IMG/VR virus record: IMGVR_UViG_3300020183_006509
Location: 1-43,720 of that record
From: a virus
Taxonomy: Duplodnaviria; Caudoviricetes
DNA length: 43,720 nt
Direction: 5' to 3' (one strand)
Part shown: piece by piece, positions 35,384 to 43,720 of the stretch
Position numbering within the stretch: the first letter of the stretch is position 1
How the letters are laid out: each line of letters opens with the position of its first letter
Position numbers and translations under genes: made by a program
The notes under the pieces: model-generated
Seen by the model: the letters and a program-made list of their open reading frames with translations, nothing else
Databases searched by the model: none
Told to the model about the DNA's origin: nothing

Positions 35384-36441
35384 GATGGTAAATTCAAAAT
35401 TTTTCGAATTAGTTCAACATTGTATTCATGATCAGTCACAGGCTCTTGGTTTGAATAAAAATGAACTAAGGGGGTTTCGTCGTAGTCGTCCATGTAAGAA
35501 GGCAATCTCCTCATTAGTATGGGTAAATTCCAAGAAAGAGATTCCTTTATAACAATCGGGTTCAATTCCCAAATCGAGGAGAAAACAAACAAATCGGATG
35601 CTTCATAAAATAGGTCAGTATCGTGTCTTTCCCCCCAAATTCTGCAATTTCTTGGAACATTCTTCATCAGAGGCTCCCAATATTCTTGAAAGTTACCCGC
35701 CAAATTACCAATGAAATGAAATTCTATTTGTTCATTTTCTAGTAGTCTGGCGTATTCCATGAGTTCCCCTTGATTTTTACCTGGGGTGAAAAGACCGATG
35801 TTAATAACATGTTTTTTGTTTGGGTCTAAACCAAGTTGTTCCCTGGCACTTTCTTTTCCAATCCCGATAAAATCTTCTATGGGATATTCCAAGATATCCA
35901 ATTCGAAACCAGAACTTTTAAAAACTTCGGTCATCCATTTATTTACCATCACCAATTTATCAGGAGCCCAGAATTTGTCCAAAATTTTAACATTTGAAGA
36001 GTGACACGTTTCAAAAATAAACCAAGGTCTGTCTGGGGAGAATATTTTTCGACAAATATCATCACCAACGAAGAATTCCACAAAGTCTTGGAAGTGGATG
36101 ACGTCTGGGCAAACCCTTTCCACAATTTCTAGAAATTCACTTTTGTCTTCTGTGTCTATTCTAAAATAATTTTCCCCCAATAAATTTTGTATTCTTTGTC
36201 TTTGAACTACAAATTCGTCCGATAGGTTATTGTATTCTACACAATAGATTTCTCCTTCTGGCAAAAGTTTCTCGATGCACTTATAAAGATACTGAGGCAT
36301 CCCCCCAGTTGAAAGGTGCGGAGCAACAAAAAGAATTCTGGGTTTATTTCCAGATTCTTCGAGGATAGAATTTTCAACAGAACTTAAAATTCTATGAAGG
36401 TGATATTTTGTTCTTCGCAGGGTATCAGTTGGGCTTTTCAT
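35380..36441 (-). CDS. GT4-family (GT-B) glycosyltransferase
   Basis: APHLSTGGMPQY, IGLFTPGKNQ and DLFVFSSIWELNPIVIKESLS. ATGA-coupled to the heptosyltransferase; start re-called to ATG 36441. Confidence 0.85.
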   Translation of the reverse strand: MKSPTDTLRRTKYHLHRILSSVENSILEESGNKPRILFVAPHLSTGGMPQYLYKCIEKLLPEGEIYCVEYNNLSDEFVVQRQRIQNLLGENYFRIDTEDKSEFLEIVERVCPDVIHFQDFVEFFVGDDICRKIFSPDRPWFIFETCHSSNVKILDKFWAPDKLVMVNKWMTEVFKSSGFELDILEYPIEDFIGIGKESAREQLGLDPNKKHVINIGLFTPGKNQGELMEYARLLENEQIEFHFIGNLAGNFQEYWEPLMKNVPRNCRIWGERHDTDLFYEASDLFVFSSIWELNPIVIKESLSWNLPILMRRLPSYMDDYDETPLVHFYSNQEPVTDHEYNVELIRKILNLPS

Positions 36442-36715
36442 CTTGGTTTTGGGAATAAATTCCGGTGTTGAAATCCAATTGCCCTTCACCGTATTTAGAT
36501 ACAATATTGTTCACCAATTCTTGTTCTCTTTTTTTGATATCCGACGTTTCTCCATATAAAGACTGAAGTTGTTCTTCAACAAATCTGATTTCCTCGGTCA
36601 GAAAATGATGTTGGATGTTCATGCGACCTATTTTGTCAACGTTTTCACGAGCCTCGTTTCTTAGAGATTGAACCTTTTCTAGTTCTTCTGAACTTAATTT
36701 AATTTGATTTTCCAT
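36425..36715 (-). CDS. Small coiled-coil protein, paralogue of 37963..38229
   Basis: KLSSEELEKVQSL...KYGEGQLDFNTGIY. Confidence 0.75.
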   Translation of the reverse strand: MENQIKLSSEELEKVQSLRNEARENVDKIGRMNIQHHFLTEEIRFVEEQLQSLYGETSDIKKREQELVNNIVSKYGEGQLDFNTGIYSQNQDEKPN

Positions 36716-36726
36716 AGCAAATTCTT

Positions 36727-36752
36727 TTATTTTGAAATTGGGTAATTATTTC
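36727..36752 (-). promoter_or_regulatory. Putative ECF-type promoter GAAAT-N18-TAAAA (leftward)
   Basis: Upstream of ATG 36715, heading the GT4/heptosyltransferase run. Confidence 0.45.
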
Positions 36753-36763
36753 ATCCCTCTTTT

Positions 36764-36789
36764 GAAATTTTTATTTTTCAAATTCATAA
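36764..36789 (+). promoter_or_regulatory. Putative ECF-type promoter GAAAT-N18-TAAAA (rightward)
   Basis: GAAAT ttttatttttcaaattca TAAAA upstream of ATG 36806; mirror partner of the leftward site. Confidence 0.45.
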
Positions 36790-36805
36790 AAGTTCAAATG
36801 GAAGA

Positions 36806-37951
36806 ATGAAAAAAAGAATTTTAAGTTTAATTCCAGATAGATTGGAAAAACCTATGGGAGGATTAGGCTATCAATATTTAGCCTTACACGATGAATTGAG
36901 TTCCGAATTTGAATTACACACCATTTGCTTTCCCCATCTTTCTTCTGGTTTTGAATTTCCAAATACCAAACAAATTTTTCCGAGTTTTGTTCCAACAAAC
37001 GGTGGAAATATAAACCCTTTGGTTTTCAATTTGGCACATCAAATTAATTTCTTTGTCACATCATTGGGTATGCCAAAACCAGATTTGGTGCACGCGTACG
37101 ACTGGCCGGTATACATGCCCGGTGGACATTTGTCTAATCACTTCAATGTTCCTTTGGTGTGCTCTTTAAATTTGGCAATAAGAGGGCAGATCCATAGGAA
37201 TTTGAATATTGCCCTTGATCCAACAACAAAAGACGGGAAAACAATTCAAGAAACTTTATTGGAAATGGAAACTGGATTTTTGAGATGGTCCGATCGAATT
37301 ATCACCATATCTAAATTTTATCTCGATATATTTCCAGAATTTTCGTCCAAGATGTCCTTGGTCCCAAATGGAATTGACCTTAAAAAATGGAAATCAAACA
37401 ACCCAAATCCCAAAAAGAAAAAAAATAAAATTGTTTATATCGGACGGTTTTGCGAGATGAAGGGAGTGGATAAATTATTGGAAGCCAATATCCCAGACGG
37501 CATTGAACTTTGGATCATTGGTTCTCCCGATGGGGGAGATTTATTGTGCAATAAACTTTTGGATCAAAAACTTCAGGAGGGAAAAAAGAACATGTTTTAT
37601 TTGGGTCCAAAACACGGTTCAGAAAAAATTCATGTCTTGAACGATGCCGATGGAGTTATTATGCCATCTGTTCACGAACCATTTGGACTGGTTGCCTTGG
37701 AGGCGATGGCCTCTAATTGCGTTTTACTTTCTTCCAGAAGAGACGGGTTATCAGATTTCGTTAATTCAGAAAATTCTATTTTTGTTGATCCCACGGTAGA
37801 AGGGATCGAACAAGGATTTTTAGAATTCTTGAATTTGTCGGAAGAAAGAAAAGATTATTTCAGAGAGCAGGGAAGAAAAACATGCCAGAAATATACATGG
37901 TTTTCGGCTGGAGAAAAAATGGCAGAAGTTTACCGTGAACTCCTGAATTAA
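36806..37951 (+). CDS. GT4-family glycosyltransferase (only plus-strand gene)
   Basis: MGGLG, PDLVHAYDW, VPNGIDL, YIGRFCEMKG and MPSVHEPFGLVALEAMA. Confidence 0.9.
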   Translation: MKKRILSLIPDRLEKPMGGLGYQYLALHDELSSEFELHTICFPHLSSGFEFPNTKQIFPSFVPTNGGNINPLVFNLAHQINFFVTSLGMPKPDLVHAYDWPVYMPGGHLSNHFNVPLVCSLNLAIRGQIHRNLNIALDPTTKDGKTIQETLLEMETGFLRWSDRIITISKFYLDIFPEFSSKMSLVPNGIDLKKWKSNNPNPKKKKNKIVYIGRFCEMKGVDKLLEANIPDGIELWIIGSPDGGDLLCNKLLDQKLQEGKKNMFYLGPKHGSEKIHVLNDADGVIMPSVHEPFGLVALEAMASNCVLLSSRRDGLSDFVNSENSIFVDPTVEGIEQGFLEFLNLSEERKDYFREQGRKTCQKYTWFSAGEKMAEVYRELLN

Positions 37952-37962
37952 AATTGATGTCT

Positions 37963-38229
37963 TTAATTTCTAGGAGTGAGAATTCCTGTTTCTATATCCA
38001 AATTAACGTTTCCGTACTTGTAATCCATCATTCCCATGAAGTTCTTTTCCTCGATTTTGAATTTCATGAATTTATCCTCTAAATCTTTTTTTCTTTGAGA
38101 TAGAACCAACATCTCCAATTCCAAAGATCCAAACTCAATTATAAATTTTTCACCGGTGGATTTCAAATCCTGAATTTTATTTAATTCTTCGGAGGTAATT
38201 GTTTGCTGTGTGGAATCTGTTGTATTCAT
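37963..38229 (-). CDS. Small coiled-coil protein, paralogue of 36425..36715
   Basis: ITSEELNKIQDL...FGSLELE...KYGNVNLDIETGIL. Confidence 0.75.
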   Translation of the reverse strand: MNTTDSTQQTITSEELNKIQDLKSTGEKFIIEFGSLELEMLVLSQRKKDLEDKFMKFKIEEKNFMGMMDYKYGNVNLDIETGILTPRN

Positions 38230-38534
38230 ACCCTGCTGAAAGTAGAAGTGGAGTTGATAGAATTTGAAGATTGTAGTTCCGTTATAAGAAAAGTTTCCAA
38301 TCCGTTTATCAACCGATCATAAGGATCAGAAATATTGACGTCGAAAGTTAATGTCTCTCTGTTTAAATCGGGGTAAACCACTGTATCCCTACAAATTCCA
38401 TCAGATGAGGTAACAAAAAGATCCACCATTAAATCTCCTTTATAAGAAAGATGTGCATTTATTTTCAACAAAGGAGACTCGTGAATGAGAAGCGATGTTG
38501 GACTTTTAAAAAGTCCTGTAACTTGAATTGCCAT
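38226..38534 (-). CDS. Hypothetical protein (about 102 aa), fibre-associated position
   Basis: Start re-called to ATG 38534 (MAIQVTG), after the SET gene stop. Confidence 0.65.
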   Translation of the reverse strand: MAIQVTGLFKSPTSLLIHESPLLKINAHLSYKGDLMVDLFVTSSDGICRDTVVYPDLNRETLTFDVNISDPYDRLINGLETFLITELQSSNSINSTSTFSRV

Positions 38535-38548
38535 ATTTTTATATTTTT

Positions 38549-39109
38549 TTATATTATGTTTTTCTTTTCTCTCGAATTCCAATAATCTTCACCCCCGTAA
38601 TAAATACATATCTCTTTTCCTATTTCTATATCTTCCAAAGCAAAGAAATTGAAAGCTTTATATTCGGGATGGTCTATCCAATCAGCATTTGGTGAATTGG
38701 AATGATTATAAATACATCCATATCCAAGTGGAATAACATACTCGGAGAGTGTTCTTTTTGGATAAAGATATCTATAATCAGTGAGAAGATCACCTTCTTT
38801 TGGTATTTTTAATAGATAGCAAGTTTCAATTATTTCTCCCTTTGAAATTTTTTGAGTTGCAAAAACTCCCATTCCCTTTCCTTCTGATATCTTAATTTCT
38901 ATTTTTGTTGGTACATTTATTTGTGGAGGAGGTTCTGATCTTAATTGTGAAATTTTTTCTTTTGACACAAAGACATTTTCAGGCAATGTGTAATTTTCAC
39001 CTAGGTGGTGATATCCCTTTATTTTCTTTTTAAAATCTTCTAAGTCAACTGTTATAACCATAGCTCCGCTATTTTTGATTTTTTGAATTATTTGAGGATC
39101 AGTTATCAT
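38549..39109 (-). CDS. SET-domain protein-lysine methyltransferase
   Basis: GKGMGVFA...I.KGEIIE, YNHSNSPNA and ALEDIEIGKEICIYYG are the canonical SET motifs. Confidence 0.9.
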   Translation of the reverse strand: MITDPQIIQKIKNSGAMVITVDLEDFKKKIKGYHHLGENYTLPENVFVSKEKISQLRSEPPPQINVPTKIEIKISEGKGMGVFATQKISKGEIIETCYLLKIPKEGDLLTDYRYLYPKRTLSEYVIPLGYGCIYNHSNSPNADWIDHPEYKAFNFFALEDIEIGKEICIYYGGEDYWNSREKKNII

Positions 39110-39112
39110 AAA

Positions 39113-42100
39113 TTAACCTGGCCTGTAACAAGGGATTAAAACTACAGCACCACCTTTACCAGCTGAATCAAGTATAACTTCCATCCAAACATCTGGTTCT
39201 TTGAGATACATTTCAGCGCTACCATCACTACCTATAGCATATTCTGGCGGAACTACCTGATTTACGGGCGGTGTATTACTATATCGCGTGGCATCAAATC
39301 TTATCCATTTAGAGGATGATGGTGTTGATGATATATGTACCCATGCACTTGGTGACGTTTGAATTCCATAACCTGTGTTATTAATAATACCTCTACTGGT
39401 ACCATTTGTTGAAAATCCAATCGAATCAGCTGCCGGAAAGTAAATTCCGGTGTTGGTGTCTGAAGAATTTAAACCAGCGTTAAGAACTGGTGCGGTGGCA
39501 GATCCTGCAACCAACTGGATATTGGCGTTGGTCGTTGTATTCAATCTGAGAGTCTCGGTACCACCAGCCACAAGACCCATATTGTCGGCTGAGGGAAAGT
39601 AAATTCCGGTGTTGGTGTCTGTAGAATTTAGACCAGCGTTTAAGATCGGATTAGCAGCAGACCCTGCCAGAAGATTAATTCTTCCATTAGAATCTATCCT
39701 CATCGCTTCTACGCCACCTTCAACAAATCCAATTGTGTCGGCAGCCGGAAAGTAAATTCCGGTGTTGGTGTCTGAAGAATTTGCTAAACCAGCAGAGATA
39801 GAAGGCAATGAAACACTTCCTGCCGTTAATTGAATTTGTCCATTTCCTTGAATCCTAAATAATTCTGTTGTTCCCCCGTAGAAAGCATGAACAAAAGAAG
39901 AGGTTGCCTGTGGAACAGAATACCAAAGTCTTCCAGTGAGGGGATATGTACCAAAGGCGTAGTTTACATTAGAAGCATTAATACCAGACCACAATGTTAT
40001 CTTTTCTCCGGTGGAAACATTAGTGGGAGTAGGACCAGCATTCCCCGCCGATGCATTAGGATAAGGAGAAAACTCTATTCTATTTGATGTTGTATTTGAA
40101 AGATGAATTTGACCGCCACCTAAAGCATTTGTTGGGGTTCCAAGAAGATTTAAAGTCGGGGAAGAAAAAGTTATATTCGATTCAACAGATACATTAGGAG
40201 AAGAACCATTTAGGGTTAAAACACCATTGTCAGTTGTTCCAGATAAGGTGACAGAACCAGATGTTCCCGAAGATCCTGATGATCCAGAAGAACCAGAAGA
40301 ACCGGACGATCCAGAAGAACCGGATGATCCAGAAGAACCTGATGATCCTGAAGAACCTGATGATCCAGAAGAACCTGATGATCCAGAAGTACCTCTTGTT
40401 CCCGAAGAACCAGAAGTTCCTGATGATCCGGAAGAACCAGAAGAACCTGATGATCCGGAAGAACCAGATGATCCAGAAGATCCAGAAGAACCGGATGATC
40501 CAGAAGAACCAGATGATCCAGAAGATCCAGAAGAACCTGACGATCCAGAAGAACCAGATGTTCCCGAAGATCCTGATGATCCAGAAGAACCAGAAGAACC
40601 GGACGATCCGGAAGAACCGGATGATCCAGAAGAACCTGATGATCCTGAAGAACCTGATGATCCAGAAGAACCTGATGATCCAGAAGTACCTCTTGTTCCC
40701 GAAGAACCAGAAGTTCCTGATGATCCGGAAGAACCAGAAGAACCTGATGATCCGGAAGAACCAGATGATCCAGAAGATCCAGAAGAACCAGATGATCCAG
40801 AAGATCCAGAAGAACCGGATGATCCAGAAGAACCCGATGATCCTGAAGATCCTGAAGAACCGGATGATCCAGAAGAACCCGATGATCCTGAAGATCCTGA
40901 AGAACCGGATGATCCAGAAGACCCAGAAGAACCTGATGATCCGGAAGAACCAGATGATCCAGAAGATCCAGAAGAACCTGATGATCCAGAAGAACCAGAT
41001 GTTCCCGATGAGCCAGATGTTCCAGAGGATCCAGGAGTTCCTGAAGAACCTGATGATCCGGAAGAACCAGATGATCCAGAAGATCCAGAAGAACCAGATG
41101 ATCCAGAAGATCCAGAAGAACCGGATGATCCAGAAGAACCCGATGATCCTGAAGATCCTGAAGAACCGGATGATCCAGAAGAACCCGATGATCCTGAAGA
41201 TCCTGAAGAACCGGATGATCCAGAAGACCCAGAAGAACCTGATGATCCGGAAGAACCAGATGATCCAGAAGATCCAGAAGAACCTGATGATCCAGAAGAA
41301 CCAGATGTTCCCGATGAGCCAGATGTTCCAGAGGATCCAGGAGTTCCTGAAGAACCTGATGATCCGGAAGAACCAGATGATCCAGAAGATCCAGAAGAAC
41401 CAGATGATCCAGAAGATCCAGAAGAACCGGATGATCCAGAAGAACCCGATGATCCTGAAGATCCTGAAGAACCGGATGATCCAGAAGAACCCGATGATCC
41501 TGAAGATCCTGAAGAACCGGATGATCCAGAAGAACCTGATGATCCAGAAGAACCAGATGTTCCCGATGAGCCAGATGTTCCAGAGGATCCAGAAGAACCG
41601 GATGATCCAGAAGAACCTGATGATCCTGAAGAACCTGATGATCCTGAAGAACCGGATGATCCAGAAGAACCAGAGGTTCCTCTAGTACCGGAAGATCCAG
41701 AAGAACCTGATGTTCCAGAAGAACCTGATGTTCCAGAAGAACCTGATGATCCTGAAGAACCTGAAGAACCTGAAGAACCAGAAGTTCCAGAAGAACCTGA
41801 TGATCCAGATGATCCTGAAGAACCTGAAGAACCTGATGATCCTGAAGAACCTGATGATCCTGAAGAACCGGATGATCCAGAAGAACCAGAGGTTCCTCTA
41901 GTACCGGAAGATCCAGAAGAACCAGATGTTCCAGAAGAACCTGATGTTCCAGAAGAACCTGATGATCCAGAAGAACCTGATGATCCTGAAGAACCTGAAG
42001 AACCTGAAGAACCAGAAGTTCCAGAAGAACCTGATGATCCAGATGATCCTGAAGAACCTGATGATCCTGAAGAACCAGATGACCCAGATGATCCAGATGT

Positions 42101-43720
42101 TCCAGAAGAACCTGATGTTCCAGAAGATCCAGAAGTTCCCGAAGTACCAGATGCTCCAGTAACACCAGAAGTTCCCGAAGTTCCTGATGAACCTGACGAT
42201 CCAGAAGAACCGGATGATCCAGAAGAACCGGATGATCCAGAAGAACCGGATGATCCTGAAGAACCTGATGATCCAGAAGAACCGGACGATCCAGAAGAAC
42301 CGGATGATCCAGAAGTTCCTGAAGATCCAGAAGTTCCTGAAGATCCAGAAGTACCAGATGACCCAGAAGAACCGGACGATCCAGAAGAACCGGATGATCC
42401 AGAAGAACCGGATGATCCAGAAGAACCCGATGATCCCGAAGAACCTGATGATCCAGAAGAACCCGATGATCCTGAAGATCCTGAAGAACCGGATGATCCA
42501 GAAGTTCCTGAAGATCCAGAAGTTCCTGAAGATCCAGAAGTTCCTGAAGATCCAGAACTACCCGATGATCCAGAAGAACCTGATGATCCTGAAGAACCTG
42601 ATGATCCTGAAGAACCTGATGATCCTGATGATCCAGAAGAACCTGACGATCCTGATGAACCAGATGTTCCGGAAGAACCAGAAGTTCCAGATGATCCAGA
42701 TGATCCTGAAGAACCTGATGATCCTGAAGAACCTGAAGAACCTGATGATCCAGATGATCCTGAAGAACCTGATGATCCTGAAGAACCTGATGATCCAGAT
42801 GATCCTGAAGAACCTGAAGAACCTGATGATCCTGAAGAACCTGATGATCCTGAAGAACCGGATGATCCAGAAGAACCAGAGGTTCCTCTAGTACCGGAAG
42901 ATCCAGAAGAACCAGATGTTCCAGAAGAACCTGATGTTCCAGAAGAACCCGATGAACCTGAGCTTCCTGAACTTCCTGAACTTCCGCTTGACCCGGAAGT
43001 GCCAGAAGATCCGGCAATCCCAAAATCTAAACAAGCTTGATCTCCTGCGGTGGGAAAATTATTTGAAGCGTTAGCTGAAATAAAAGAAACACCAAAAACG
43101 TGATATGTTCCCTGGTCGGTGTTGGAAGTAACCTGGTATCTGTATTGCTTCCCGTTGATTAAAACTCGCATTACAGAGCCAACCGTAACACTATCCAGAA
43201 AGGCATCTACATTATTACTGTTTGAATCTGTATCGCTTATAGAAAAAGATGTAACGTTCGATCCGATTTCACCATTAGTCCCAAATATTTGGCCGGATGA
43301 AACAGCCTCACTTGAACCCCAACTCCAACATCCGTCGGAAGGGGTTTCGCCAGAAGTTCCTGAAGTACCTCTTGTTCCGCTAGATCCAGAAGAACCTGAT
43401 GAGCCTGAAGTTCCGGAAGATCCTGAAGAACCTGATGATCCTGAAGAACCTGATGATCCTGAAGAACCGGATGATCCAGAAGAACCAGAGGTTCCTCTAG
43501 TACCGGAAGATCCAGAAGAACCAGATGTTCCAGAAGAACCTGATGTTCCAGAAGAACCTGATGATCCAGAAGAACCTGATGATCCTGAAGAACCTGAAGA
43601 ACCTGAAGAACCAGAAGTTCCAGAAGAACCTGATGATCCAGATGATCCTGAAGAACCTGAAGAACCTGATGATCCAGAAGAACCTGATGATCCTGAAGAA
43701 CCTGATGATCCAGAAGAACC
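39113..43720 (-). CDS. Giant Gly-Ser-Ser repeat (collagen-like) fibre protein; 5' end outside window (>1535 aa)
   Basis: The frame stays open upstream of the track's ATG 43171 to the window edge. Layout: GSS block, ~112-aa globular spacer (43013-43348), ~920-aa GSS block, ~380-aa tail-fibre-like C-terminus. Confidence 0.85.
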   Translation of the reverse strand, partial: GSSGSSGSSGSSGSSGSSGSSGSSGSSGSSGSSGTSGSSGSSGSSGSSGSSGSSGSSGTSGSSGTSGSSGSSGTRGTSGSSGSSGSSGSSGSSGSSGSSGSSGTSGSSGSSGSSGTRGTSGTSGETPSDGCWSWGSSEAVSSGQIFGTNGEIGSNVTSFSISDTDSNSNNVDAFLDSVTVGSVMRVLINGKQYRYQVTSNTDQGTYHVFGVSFISANASNNFPTAGDQACLDFGIAGSSGTSGSSGSSGSSGSSGSSGSSGTSGSSGTSGSSGSSGTRGTSGSSGSSGSSGSSGSSGSSGSSGSSGSSGSSGSSGSSGSSGSSGSSGSSGSSGSSGSSGSSGSSGTSGSSGTSGSSGSSGSSGSSGSSGSSGSSGSSGSSGSSGSSGSSGSSGTSGSSGTSGSSGTSGSSGSSGSSGSSGSSGSSGSSGSSGSSGSSGSSGSSGSSGSSGSSGSSGTSGSSGTSGSSGTSGSSGSSGSSGSSGSSGSSGSSGSSGSSGSSGSSGSSGSSGSSGTSGTSGVTGASGTSGTSGSSGTSGSSGTSGSSGSSGSSGSSGSSGSSGSSGSSGTSGSSGSSGSSGSSGSSGSSGSSGTSGSSGTSGSSGSSGTRGTSGSSGSSGSSGSSGSSGSSGSSGSSGSSGSSGSSGTSGSSGSSGSSGSSGSSGTSGSSGTSGSSGSSGTRGTSGSSGSSGSSGSSGSSGSSGSSGSSGSSGSSGTSGSSGTSGSSGSSGSSGSSGSSGSSGSSGSSGSSGSSGSSGSSGSSGSSGSSGSSGSSGSSGSSGSSGSSGSSGSSGTPGSSGTSGSSGTSGSSGSSGSSGSSGSSGSSGSSGSSGSSGSSGSSGSSGSSGSSGSSGSSGSSGSSGSSGSSGSSGSSGSSGSSGSSGSSGSSGSSGSSGTPGSSGTSGSSGTSGSSGSSGSSGSSGSSGSSGSSGSSGSSGSSGSSGSSGSSGSSGSSGSSGSSGSSGSSGSSGSSGSSGSSGSSGSSGSSGSSGSSGSSGSSGSSGTSGSSGTRGTSGSSGSSGSSGSSGSSGSSGSSGSSGSSGSSGSSGSSGSSGTSGSSGSSGSSGSSGSSGSSGSSGSSGSSGSSGSSGSSGSSGSSGSSGTSGSSGTRGTSGSSGSSGSSGSSGSSGSSGSSGSSGSSGSSGSSGSSGSSGTSGSVTLSGTTDNGVLTLNGSSPNVSVESNITFSSPTLNLLGTPTNALGGGQIHLSNTTSNRIEFSPYPNASAGNAGPTPTNVSTGEKITLWSGINASNVNYAFGTYPLTGRLWYSVPQATSSFVHAFYGGTTELFRIQGNGQIQLTAGSVSLPSISAGLANSSDTNTGIYFPAADTIGFVEGGVEAMRIDSNGRINLLAGSAANPILNAGLNSTDTNTGIYFPSADNMGLVAGGTETLRLNTTTNANIQLVAGSATAPVLNAGLNSSDTNTGIYFPAADSIGFSTNGTSRGIINNTGYGIQTSPSAWVHISSTPSSSKWIRFDATRYSNTPPVNQVVPPEYAIGSDGSAEMYLKEPDVWMEVILDSAGKGGAVVLIPCYRPG
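39410..39830 (-). repeat. Three ~52-aa fibre-type repeats (AGS...P...AGL.S.DTNTGIYFP.AD..G)
   Basis: ggaaagtaaattccggtgttggtgtctg occurs three times, at about 39435, 39594 and 39747. Confidence 0.9.
40253..43012 (-). repeat. 9-nt-period coding repeat, about 306 G-(S/T)-S triplets
   Basis: Continuous ccagaagaa/cctgatgat-type units, with higher-order duplications of about 216, 297 and 306 nt. Confidence 0.97.
43349..43720 (-). repeat. Second GSS repeat block, truncated by window end
   Basis: Same 9-nt units and the same GTRGTS landmark (gaggttcctctagtacc). Confidence 0.95.

Noticed and set aside
1065-36004. Numerous short plus-strand and nested ORFs in the track (e.g. 1126, 2072, 5576, 22430, 27273, 29180, 32869)
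   Set aside because: They are antisense or out-of-frame to well-supported genes and show no recognisable motifs.
40216-43040. Long alternative-frame ORFs over the repeat (PEEPDD, LDHQVL and QKNLMI proteins)
   Set aside because: They are shadows of the 9-nt GSS repeat. Only the GSS frame continues into non-repetitive domains on both sides, and variation falls at its third codon positions.
1-43720. Stop-codon reassignment as in some large phages
   Set aside because: Conserved genes are full length under the standard code, and TAA, TAG and TGA all terminate genes.
1-43720. tRNA or rRNA genes
   Set aside because: Intergenic gaps are under about 100 nt and none shows a cloverleaf or T-loop signature by eye.

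Overview
This is a 43.7-kb segment of a large T4-like (myovirus-type, probably jumbo) bacteriophage genome. It is densely coded, almost entirely on the minus strand, and uses the standard genetic code. Replication and nucleotide genes include RNase H/5'-3' exonuclease, clamp loader gp44/gp62, ATP-dependent ligase, guanylate kinase, dCMP deaminase, a PD-(D/E)XK nuclease and a catalytically eroded UvsE. There are two sigma factors (ECF-type and gp55-type). Morphogenesis genes include two tandem portals, gp2/gp4, gp26/gp51, two tail tubes, sheath, terminase and neck. The right end holds a glycosylation cluster (Aah/TibC-family O-heptosyltransferase, two GT4 enzymes, a SET protein) beside a giant (Gly-Ser-Ser)n collagen-like fibre gene that runs off the window, and an HldE-type heptose kinase lies in the portal operon. 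Main observations: (1) a candidate phage-encoded virion heptosylation system; (2) three promoter classes that outline a host sigma -> ECF sigma -> gp55 cascade; (3) a -1 frameshift cassette extending an 888-aa head-region protein and a possible +1 frameshift joining gp26 and gp51; (4) a duplicated portal. A TAnnTTTG box and A-rich, mostly Shine-Dalgarno-free starts suggest a Bacteroidota host (inference). All family assignments come from motif recognition by eye, not database searches.
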